A DNA stretch of 64,000 nucleotides. Origin: Enoplolaimus lenunculus. Its lineage: Eukaryota. The translations under genes and the position numbers were made by a program. Positions 26,701 through 38,700 of this stretch are shown here, piece after piece; position 1 is the first letter of the stretch, and each line of letters opens with the position of its first letter. The notes under the pieces are model-generated. The model was not told the DNA's origin. It searched no databases and saw only the letters and a list, made by a program, of their open reading frames with translations. The DNA lies in contig JASANG010000611.1 of assembly GCA_030248215.1 (NCBI GenBank), positions 310,001 through 374,000 of the forward strand. The letters run 5' to 3'.

Positions 26701-29700
26701 AGCATTAATTCCGATAGTCGATCGATAGTATTATTGTGTACACACTGCACTTGAATAAAATTCAAGTTTTTTTCGCTATATTTTAAACAATTGTTACACT
26801 ATTGTATGGGTACGATTTTAGTTTTTGTCCTGTGAGAGGAAACGCAACATAGTTTTCGTTGTGCGACGACAGCCATTTTTATCAAAGAGTTTGAAGAGCT
26901 ATGGTGTTGCAGTTTGCTACTGTGATTTATGCTTCATGCGATATATTATAACACGACAATTCATCGCATGACAATTCGTGTATCGGCAACTTGTCATTCG
27001 AAATTTCATCGACTTGCCAATTCGTCGCATCATTATGCTTGAAGTTATGCTTAGGCTTACAATAAGGATTACGCGTAGATTTTTCATAGGCTTTAGGACA
27101 CTGTTGGGTAACAAGTTGTCGATCGGTGAATTTTCAAACAAAACATTTATATCTGGGATTATGTAAGTATTTGTCAATCCTCTAATATCACCGTTGTTTT
27201 GTTTATTTTCTTTCTCGTGCGCTCTCCCACAAGCTTAAGGTTAAATCTAAACCTAAAGAAAAGTCTGACCCCAATCAAAACTTAATTGTAAGCCTAAGTT
27301 ATGCGAAAACCTAAAAATTTCGAATACACACAACATAAATAGTCTTGAAACTTCAAGACACTTAAATACTTTCTGGAATTTTCAAGACAACTGTTGTATT
27401 TCAGACATTAATGGCGTTAGACAACTCAGAAATTTATGTCTGAAATGGTTAAAACCAAAATACCTTATATTAAGAATTTACTGTTGCCAATTTATAAGAC
27501 ATCTGTATTTCTGTCTTTCAAGAAACAGATGTCTTATATTCAAGAATTGATTTTTTGATTTTCATGCATGTAAAAATGTTGCTCCGTTTATATTCTTAAG
27601 AGAGTATATAAATAATCGAATTTATATTCAAGAATTAATTTTCTGATTTTTATGTATGTTAAAATGTTGCTCCGTTTAAATTCTTAAGAGAGTATATAAA
27701 TAATCGAATTTATATTCAAGAATTAATTTTCTGATTTTTATGTATGTAAAAATGTTGTTCCGTTTATATTCTTAAGAGTGTATATAAATAATCGAATTTT
27801 AAAGATATTTCGGGTATTTATAAGACATATATTTCTTTCTTTCGAGAAATATTTGTCTTATATTCAAGAATTAATTTTCTGATTTTTATGTATGTAAAAA
27901 TGTTGCTCCGTTTATATTCTTAAGAGTGTATATAAATAATCGAATTTTAAAAAAATTTGGGGTCGAGCGTAGGCTCCCCCAACGAAAATTAAAGTGTTTG
28001 GTTGAGTCTTAGCGCCCGATTTTGGAGTCGCTTCCCGTGGACATAATTTGTCTTATATTTCAGAAGTATTTGTCTTAATCGTTCATGAAACAAAGTCGTA
28101 AATTTCGGACCTTAATTTTTGAACAATTTCAACCCCAATTTAAGAAATAAAAGTCTGGAATTCAGGAGATATATGTCTGGAGTCTGTATCAAAACATTAG
28201 TCTTAAATTTCAGACAGTATTTCTTGAATATAAGACGATTTATTTTGTGTGTAGGAAACGGAAAATGTACAAGAGTGCTCCTATTCCGTTATAGCCAATC
28301 TTTCTGCATGTTGCATGCCAACAAGAATTCTTGAATATTTTGAATAAAATTTTTGTCCTAAACTTTGAGACGATAAAAATCGGAATAATTCACACTTCGT
28401 ATCAATTCAAATTTTGGTATCCAATGTTCAGGTGAAGTCACAAGAAATTATGTAACTTAACGAAAAAGGCCCAAAAGTTTTACTCTGCGTATTGTTACTG
28501 TTTAGGAATTTTTTGCAGTTACGATGCTAGATATCAGCCAAAACCTAGACTCACTAGAATGGAGCCGCAGGTGTCATTCGGTTCTATAGACCTTGTTTTT
28601 ACTTTAATATGTAACTACTAACGAACTTTGCAAATAAGGTTAAAAGATTGTCTGTACTTAGTGCTACTTCTGTTTTAATTTAAAATAGCGTTTGTACATA
28701 CATATGTTTAAGCCCTTAAACGTGGGAGAAATGTATTTGTTTAGAAAACTCAGGGGGAGGACGAACATGCACTTTCTTGCGCATGCGTACCGGAGCCCAT
28801 CTCTGTAACCGCCACCTATACGTATAATGTCGGGTTCTTAGCCGTTGCAAGACTTATTTAAGCTCAATATTTTCCTTAACGTTTAGCGAAGCCCGAACTT
28901 AGTTTTAACCCTTAATGTGGGTGGAAGTGTACGTGACTTGACCCTATTTCTGTATATACACTTTCAAAAGGCTTAACCTAACTCGATTTTAGCTTAAGCT
29001 AATCTAGCAGTGTGAAACGAACTTTCCAGATTAACTAAACACTAACTGGTAAGTTATGCTTAAACTCATTTGAAATACGACATGTTTTTAGTTTAATCTA
29101 AATTTAGAGAACTCTAAAAATTACATACTTTTTTGAGCAGCACTTGTACCTGAAACCAAAAGTAGAGATTAGCTTAACCTCGCACTAAACTTAAAAATAT
29201 GTTAGTTTAATTTAAACTTAAAATTCTAGCTTAAATAGTCCGTCCTGCCATTTAAGTTTTTTATTTAATCTCACATTTAACCTTAGTTAAGCTATAACAT
29301 AAGTTTTAGTTTTTCGTATTTATATGTAATTTTATATTTCGATAGTAGTATGTATGACCTGCAAATATAAGCTGATGTTGGTGTTTTTAAACTTTTAAAA
29401 CACAATTGCTAACGCGTTTTCGCCGTCTCCGTACAGTATATAATAATAATAATAATAATATAATGATTGAATCGTTGATCTCAGCGGTTGCTTCGTTAAC
29501 GAAAACTAACGACGATGACGATATTGATCGATTACATTATTTTTTAACCAGCAATTTACTAATTGCACTTGCAGTGTTAGTTAGTTGGAAGCAATTTGGC
29601 GACGCACCAATTGAATGTGCGCTGCCACCGCGTATTGATGGATATGAAGAGGTAACGATGATACATACAGTCGAAGTTTTGACACTTTTTACTTGCCCCC

Positions 29701-32700
29701 CCACGCACAGAGGAAAACTTTGATGCCACAATAATGAACCTATAGGAAGTTCAATGAACCCTACGTAGGATAAGGGTTGTCCGTCCCCAAATATCCCACA
29801 CTAAGCTATTGATTATTGGAACGCTTTAAAGTTCTAACGAAGTACTTTTAGACTGGTTTTTTGCGTTCTATGAGAACCGCTTTGTGCCGGATTGGGAGAC
29901 GGCAGCCCCCATCCTGCTAAGGGTCCCTTAGAGCGGTCAGTGGGTCGGTAGTCTTGAATTGTAAGCAAAAAAAGTACCCCTACTGCACTACTTATTCAGA
30001 TGTTCTATTGAAGTACGTTCGTTGTATTTTTATATTGACAACGGAAAATGATCTGAAAATTTCCGCCCATTTCAGTTGTGTGGGGACAAGGAGACGTTAA
30101 ACTGCCGAAAATTTTTGGTTACAATTTTTGGCATGGAGTGTAGCCAGGATTTTGGTTTGCTGACGATGTTACAAAATGTATCATTTTCTAATAGTTTGTG
30201 CGTAACTCATAGGTTTCGTTATATAATGCATGCGTATTAAAAGAATAAATTATTTGAAACCGTTAAAGGGGGTCGCTGCATCATTGAACGACATTATGGT
30301 TATGATCTTGAGTTTTGGGCACCTGTTTATTTGCTCCATCACACACTAGTATTAATTTGACAGAAGAAAAAACTTACCCAATATAATACCACTGTTTTCT
30401 TGAACGCAAGGGTTAAGCAAGACCTAAGTCTAAGAATCAACATAATCCTAAGCTTATTTGATTATTTCACTCATTATATTGGTCGAGGTTACGTATGATC
30501 GAAACTGTGCTTTTCAGAGGCTTTTGTTAGCTATAAGGTGATGCCCACTAAGCATTAACCTAAGTCTAAACGCAAGTCACAAGATGAGTCTAATCCTAAA
30601 CCTAAGCTTAAATCAACCCGGCCCAAAATTTACCAGTTTCCCTGTCTCCCACGGCAAACCATATAGTTGACATCCGCCTCTTTAGTAATTCGTCTATCCA
30701 CGCGAATTTTGTCACATTTTGGTGTCTATCTATATATTAAAGCAGGAACGCCCCACATACGTATTTTGGGCCAATTTCCAGCATTACTTTTCTTACATGG
30801 ACTTCTTAAAACATAAACGTGATTGTTGAATGGAAAGAAAATCTGCGTGAAAATGTATGTGTACTCGATAACTTTTGCGCATTGCGCAAAACCGGCTGCC
30901 TGGTATAATAAAAAGCTGGTCACAATGCAACCTTTGGGTATGGCGCCCTGAAAATTTTAAAACTTGACATTTTCTTTTCGAACAACTGTATTAAAATGCA
31001 TCCTACTCCGAAATAATATTATATGTTTAAAGAAACAGTTTCAAACATCTGGTTGTGGTTTTTTCAAATTTCTAATTGTATTGAACTAGAAATTATTCGT
31101 GCGAGTACAATTATCGGAAAAATTGTGTATTGGGAGCGAAGTTTTTCTGTTAATACCCGGTAAACTCTGAACTAAGCTTCAAATAAGCTCTTTTGTATTT
31201 CCCCCATATATTGTTAAAGCTTGGTCTTAGGCTTAGGCAAAGGCTTGGTCTTAGGCTTAGGCAAAGGTTTGGTCTTAGGCTTAGGCAAAGACTTGGTCTT
31301 AGGCTTAGGCAAAGACTTGGTCTTAGGCTTAGGCAAAGACTTGGTCTTAGGCTTAGGCAAAGGCTTAATGTTAGGCATAGGCAAAGACTTGGTCTTAGGC
31401 TTAGGCAAACGCTTGGTCTTAGGCTTAGACAAAGACTTGGTCTTAGGCTTAGGCAAAGACTAGGTCTTAGGCTTAGGCAAAGGCTTGGTCTCAGGATTTA
31501 GCTTAAGTTTAGGTGTGGGTCTTAAGTAAAGGCTGAGGCAAAAACTTAGGCTTAGGCTTGAGTCAAGCCTTTCCCAAGCCTAAAACTAATCCTAAGCTAC
31601 TGAGGAAAGTGTTCAAGAGCCTTACAGACGTTTTGAAACATTGATACATTGTTTAAAAACCTTATCGTTACATGGGAACACCAAATTTCGCTAAAAGTAC
31701 AGAAATTCTGAGTTGAAATCGTTGAACTGTTTACGATTTTGTTTGTGTAATGATTTGTGGTTATACGAAACAGTGTAAGTTGTTAGAGTTGCAATATTGA
31801 AAAATGAAAATACCTGGACCCGAACCCGGACCCGAATCTTTCTGGAAGAAAAACCCTGACCCGGACGCGGATGCAACTCAATAAGTTGCGCATAAAAGCT
31901 GTTATTTTATGAAACTTTTATCAGCGAATGCCCTGCATAAATACTCCTAAGATAAGATATGTTGTATATGAGTTACCCAATATATGGTTAATATGAACAA
32001 TTCGCATTTTCATTACAATATTCAGTTTGGTGATTCTAGTAGTCGAATTATACAGCTCTATAACACAATCAGTAATATCAGTTTTAATTTGGAGTTTCAG
32101 TTTAATTCATTTTATACGGTTTGGTCAAATCTTATGTATCTTACATACAAATATCACCAACTTGAAAACTGTTGAAGTCCCGGTACTTTTTACCTTCGTC
32201 ACACAACTAAAATGTGGGCGGGCCCACAGTCAACTCACCTTGCTAGGGCGGGGATTCAAAATTTTTTCAGGAGGGCACAGAAGGGTTTTCGATGACTTAC
32301 AAGCAAGATTAAAAAGTTTCTACCGGGGAAAAAAATTCTCCCAGAACGGGCTGAGCCTCACATGGCTCGCTCTGGCTACAGGCTCGAATGTGAGGTCAAA
32401 CTAGCCGGCTCAATAAAACACAAACAATCTTCTGCAACCGAACGTCTAAGTTTGCAATGTAGTATGGACGCTTTTTCACTTTCCATTTCTGTCACATGTC
32501 TGAACCCTTCCCCGATTTCAGGGAACGCTAACCAGATTGGAGGTGTTGCCTCGTTACCTTTCGCGCTAAGCGGTACTCAAACCGCATACTAGGACGCTAA
32601 AAACGCAGTCTAAAAACAAAGTACTTCGTTAGAAGTTTTAAGTGTTCCAATAATGAGCTGCTTAGTGCGGGGGATTAAGCCGGCGACAGCCCTTGAGTAA

Positions 32701-35700
32701 CCAATTAAAAAAATTTTCTATGTGGAAAAGAAAGTTTGTACAACCAAGTGGTCTTTTAAACAAAATTAGGCTCTTGTACACTTTCTACCTTACTGGCTTA
32801 TGGCTTAGGCTTATATTTCCGAAAGGGCTTACCTAATCTTATTTCTGTGCATATAAGCCTTTGCCTAAGACTAATCTTTAACCTTAACGATGGGGGAAAG
32901 TATAAAAGATCGTAAAACGAACAAATTCCGTCGTCGTAAAAATATTTTTCGATTAAAACTTCGTTATGAAAGCATCTTTAATTGAAATTCTAAAAACACT
33001 GGTTTGTCCATATCATTCGGATCATTTAAATACTTTAAATCATGCTATCACATCAAACTTGTTGGTCGCAATTGCGATTGGCGTAAGCGCAAAACAGTAT
33101 GGCGGTAAACCAATTGAATGTATGGTACCAAAACGGTTTCCGACAGCGTGGGAAGAGGTGCGTGTTTCAAACGCCCGCTAAAACCCTCTGAGAAGCATAT
33201 ATAGGAATTGAAAAAATTATTGCTGAAAATATTCGCCACATGCTTGCGGCGTTGTTTCAAGAAGATTTTTTAATTTTGTTTTGTAGTATTTCCGTAAAAA
33301 AGGTCGGCGTTTGTGCACTTTGTCACATGGGCTTACGCTCACACTCAGGATTACACTATGCTTAGATTACGGAAAAGGCTTGCCGAAGTCTAAGGGTTGC
33401 GCTATACTTTTATTGACGACGTGCGGCGCGGTCCGTCACCCGCACGGTACCGTATGACGCCGTCCGTTGCCCGTATGGCGCTGTCCGTCCCCCGTACGGC
33501 GCTGTCCGTCCCCCGTACGGCGCTGTCCGTCCCCCGTACGGCGCTGTCCGTCCCCCGTACGGCGCTGTCCGTCCCCCGTACGGCGCTGTCCGTCCCCCGT
33601 ACGGCTCCGGCCGGCATCCGTACGGTGCTGTCCGTCCCCCGTACGGCGCTGTCCGTCCCCCGTACGGTACCGTCCGTCACCGTGCGGCGCCATCGAACGG
33701 CGCCTGACATCAAGTATAGCGTAACCCTAAGTCTAAGCCTCTGCATAAACTTTTTCGTAAGCTTAAGCCTATGCCTAAGCCTTAACTATAATAAATGTAG
33801 CGGGAATTGTACTAGAGCCAAAAGGCGTTTAATGGCAGAAATAGTTTTTGGCACTTGTATAGTTCCTTAGTCTCTCCACGCACTAATAAATATGAGGGGG
33901 GTGGCTTTATAGACAATTCATTATGGAAACAGCCAGTGGCGGATCCAGGATCTCAAAATGGGGGGCCATAATTTCACAGGTAATATAATTTTTGTCGAGA
34001 TGCTGTTGGGGGGGGGGGCACGGCGGGGGTGCCCCCCCCCCGTGGATCCGCCATTGGAAACAGCTAAAATTTTTAATAAAGTGCTTTGGGATGTTTTTTA
34101 GCGCTGGGAGGCTGAAATTGCGGTAGACACCATCCTGTTTCGTGTTCTCTGAAACTGTGTGTGGGGTTTCTGGGATGTACAAACGATACCCCCACTTTCT
34201 GAAACTATGGGGGGGCTTTCCCAGCCTGGTAGAAAACTACAAAAGTGCCAGTTTTTATGGCACATTTTACCAAACCGATATATGTTTGAAATGTTAGAAA
34301 TCTGTTTCTGTCTACTACAACTAACCAGTACTTAAAGTTCACTGTTTAGTTGAAGCCTGTGTGCCGCACAAAGCTAAAGCTCTATTCACACGTGCTAGTT
34401 TTTGCAGCAAAACCTTGCATGTGTAACTTGCACGCGCAAGTTTGGTCACAATGCAGCTTTAAAGTTCTTGCAGCTACAAATTATTATTTAATTTAATTAG
34501 CACCAATGAACGCAGTTGCAAGTCGTTTGAGTCTCTTGTACCTGCAGTTTGATTGGTCAATCGGAACGTTCCTTTGAAAATACTTGCAGCTGCAAGTATT
34601 TCGTGCAAGTTACAGCTGCGGGTTCTCGCTGCTAAAAGATGCACTTGTGAATGGCTTAATTTTACGTTGAATTCGCAAATGATTAATTTTGTTCAGTTCA
34701 AACGCATACTCACATTTCTACTATTGAAGCTATGTATAATCAGAAAGTTATCTGTATTAATGTTCTACTTCAAATATATATGCATCGCTTTAGATATTTG
34801 TTTCGTATATCATCATTAATTAAACTGCATACCAGAAATTCGGGATCTTGTTCACCTCCTCCTATTTAAAGTTAACTCTTTTGCTTTGGTTCATGCTTAG
34901 GCTTAGGAAAAGATTTTAAGTTTAGGCTTGACACATCGGGTGTTAGGATTTTTAGCTTAAATTTGGTTTTATAATACGCGCAAACCCAGTATAGTTATAG
35001 TAGCTTTTTTCGTGTCTTTTCTGTTATCTGTCCCCCAGCCTGCGTTTGCCCAAAAATAGTTGGATTTTGAAAACTTTTGCATATTTGGGCTTCTCACGGC
35101 CTCCGTTGATCATTCCATGCCCAAATTTGATTTTATTTGAAAAATTCAATTTTTAAGGTTCTAAGGCCCCCCATGGGACCCAAAAAACTTTTGCGTCATA
35201 AAGTTATATATACATAAGTTATACATCATTCGACGCAACATGCAGAGCTGAGTCGAATGGTGTTAAATTTTTCTTCATCAGACATCTGGCTAATGAGTTA
35301 TAATTAAATAACTGATTTGGCGCCGTGCAAAAACGTTGGTAGCGCGACAAATCAGCTATTTGACCATAACTGGCTAACCAGACGTGTGATTGTGGAGCAT
35401 TTAACACCATTCGACTCAGATCTGCATGTTGCGTTGAATGGCGTATAATTTATCTAACTTTTCGAAGCAAAATTTTTGGGTTTCTAGGGGACCGTAGGAC
35501 TTGAAAAATCGAATTTTTCATAAATTCAAATTTGGGCGTAAAATAATCAGAAGAGGCCATGAGAAGCCCAAATATGCAAAAACATTCAAAATTCAACCGT
35601 TTGGGGTAAACGCCGGCTAGTGGGCGGATATACAACCGAAAACACCCCTTTTTCGTATTATTAGTTTCAATTTACAGCTTGTGCACAAAATGACTGAAGC

Positions 35701-38700
35701 ATATATATTAACGTTAGCGAAATTTAGAAGTTAAAGACGTGGCTGAATTTTTTGCATATTTTTATTTCTTAGAATTTCACCTGATTTGTTCGCAATGTAA
35801 ATTATACAATTTGTGTGCAATTGTTGTGTTTTTTGACGTTTCAGTACGCTGAAAACTATTGCTGGGCAAAAGACACGTACTTTTTGCCGTTTTCACAGGC
35901 GACAGTGTCAAGTGACGAAAGTGTTCGCACCGAGCATCGAATCTCGTATTATCAGTGGGTTCCGTTTTTCTTACTTTTCGAAGCTGCTTGCTTTCGGTTA
36001 CCCAGTTTGGCGTGGAAATATTTCGCTGGGCATTCTGGTTAGTTGAAAGTATGCTTACTGAGGAGCTATCAGCTCATACGGGTAGGTCAATATTTCAAAA
36101 ACCTAGCTATGTGCAACATTATATTTTCTGTTGGTATCCATATTGCTATTTAATTGCAGCAATGGGCTCTTATATGTATGTGACTAGTATATACACTTAA
36201 CGTTAATCGAATAAAACCTTGTATATTTTTGAAAAACATTTTTATTCTAAGCTTAAGCATTTGTGCCAAAATAAGAAAATTTCGGAACATGTGGGAAACG
36301 TATATACAAGAACTAAAAGGTGATTGGTATTGAGTTGAACGTGTGATAATTAGGCTTAGGATTAGGTATATCTAAACTTAGCTAAGCTTAGGTCCGGTGG
36401 GAGAAGTGTGTAAGCCAGTGTATTTATTTTCTCTGTGCAGAATTTGCGCATTCATCTGACAATATGCCAATACGAGTAAAAACATCGTAACATTCCGAAT
36501 AAAGTCCAAAAGTAAACCATCATTAATTTTCCATGACTTCTGGTTTTATCAAACTGAAATTGAAACTTTTGATAAACGCGCAAAAAATTTGGTACAGAAG
36601 AAAAAATACATCGGCTTACGCTTCCCGCCACAGACCTAGGCTTAGACTAAGGCTTAGGTATAGGCTTAGGATTAGAAATAAACTGAACGCTACATCGAAC
36701 CCTAAGTATTCTCATATACCTTAGTCTGAGATAAGAAAGAGCCTAAACCTAAATACAAACTTTCAATACGGAAGGAACGTTTGCAACAGACAAACATAGT
36801 CACAATTGCTTCAAATTCATATTGGAGCCAAAGCTTCCTGATACATTTCTTTCGTAAATTCATTAGAACCAAAGATTCCTGATATATTTCTTAAATTCAT
36901 TTTGGAACCAAACCTTCCTGATACATTTCTTTCTTAAATTCATTAGAACCAAAGATTCCTGATATATTTCTTTAATTCATATTGGAACCAAAGCTTCCTG
37001 ATATATTTCTTAAATTCATTTTGGAACCAAACCTTCCTGATACATTTCTTTCTTAAATTCATTAGAACCAAAGATTCCTGATATATTTCTTTAATTCATA
37101 TTGGAACCAAAGCTTCCTGATATATTTCTTAAATTCATTTTGGAACCAAACCTTCCTGATACATTTCTTTCTTAAATTCATTAGAACCAAAGATTCCTGA
37201 TATATTTCTTTAATTCATTTTGGAACCAAACCTTCCTGATACATTTCTTTCTTAAATTCATTAGAACCAAAGATTCCTGATATATTTCTTTAATTCATTT
37301 TGGAACCAAACCTTCCTGATACATTTCTTTCTTAAATTCATTAGAACCAAAGATTCCTGATATATTTCTTTAATTCATATTGGAACCAAAGCTTCCTGAT
37401 ATATTTCTTAAATTCATTTTGGAACCAAACCGTCCTGATACATTTCTTTCTTAAATTCATTAGAACCAAAGATTCCTGATATATTTCTTAAATTCATTTT
37501 GGAACCAAACCTTCCTGATACATTTCTTTCTTAAATTCATTAGAACCAAAGATTCCTGATATATTTCTTTAATTCATATTGGAACCAAAGCTTCCTGATA
37601 TATTTCTTAAATTCATTTTGGAACCAAACCTTCCTGATACATTTCTTTCTTAAATTCATTAGAACCAAAGATTCCTGATATATTTCTTTAATTCATATTG
37701 GGACCAAAGCTTCCTGATATATTTCTTAAATTCATTTTGGAACCAAACCTTCCTGATACATTTCTTTCTTAAATTCATTAGAACCAAAGATTCCTGATAT
37801 ATTTCTTTAATTCATATTGGAACCAAAGCTTCCTGATATATTTCTTAAATTCATTTTGGAACCAAACCTTCCTGATACATTTCTTTCTTAAATTCATTAG
37901 AACCAAAGATTCCTGATATATTTCTTTAATTCATATTGGAACCAAAGCTTCCTGATATATTTCTTAAATTCATTTTGGAACCAAACCTTCCTGATACATT
38001 TCTTTCTTAAATTCATTAGAACCAAAGATTCCTGATATATTTCTTTAATTCATATTGGAACCAAAGCTTCCTGATATATTTCTTAAATTCATTTTGGAAC
38101 CAAACCTTCCTGATACATTTCTTTCTTAAATTCATTAGAACCAAAGATTCCTGATATATTTCTTTAATTCATATTGGAACCAAAGCTTCCTGATATATTT
38201 CTTAAATTCATTTTGGAACCAAACCTTCCTGATACATTTCTTTCTTAAATTCATTAGAACCAAAGATTCCTGATATATTTCTTTAATTCATATTGGAACC
38301 AAAGCTTCCTGATATATTTCTTAAATTCATTTTGGAACCAAACCTTCCTGATACATTTCTTTCTTAAATTCATTAGAACCAAAGCTTCCTGATATATTTC
38401 TTAAATTCATTTTGGAACCAAACCTTCCTGATACATTTCTTTCTTAAATTCATTAGAACCAAAGATTCCTGATATATTTCTTTAATTCATATTGGAACCA
38501 AAGCTTCCTGATATATTTCTTAAATTCATTTTGGAACCAAACCTTCCTGATACATTTCTTTCTTAAATTCATTAGAACCAAAGATTCCTGATATATTTCT
38601 TTAATTCATATTGGAACCAAAGCTTCCTGATATATTTTTAAATTCATATTGGAACCAAAGCTTCCTGATATATTTCTTAAATTCATTAGAACCAAAGATT

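Noticed and set aside
31193..31501. LGLRLRQR / KPKTKSLP repeat ORFs
   Set aside because: Translation of the 24-bp minisatellite
17600..33157. Three separate tandem innexin genes
   Set aside because: No YYQWVP, FPRVT or NEKIF exons were seen between the first exons
33397..33870. ALSVPRT repeat ORFs
   Set aside because: 21-bp minisatellite inside a MITE
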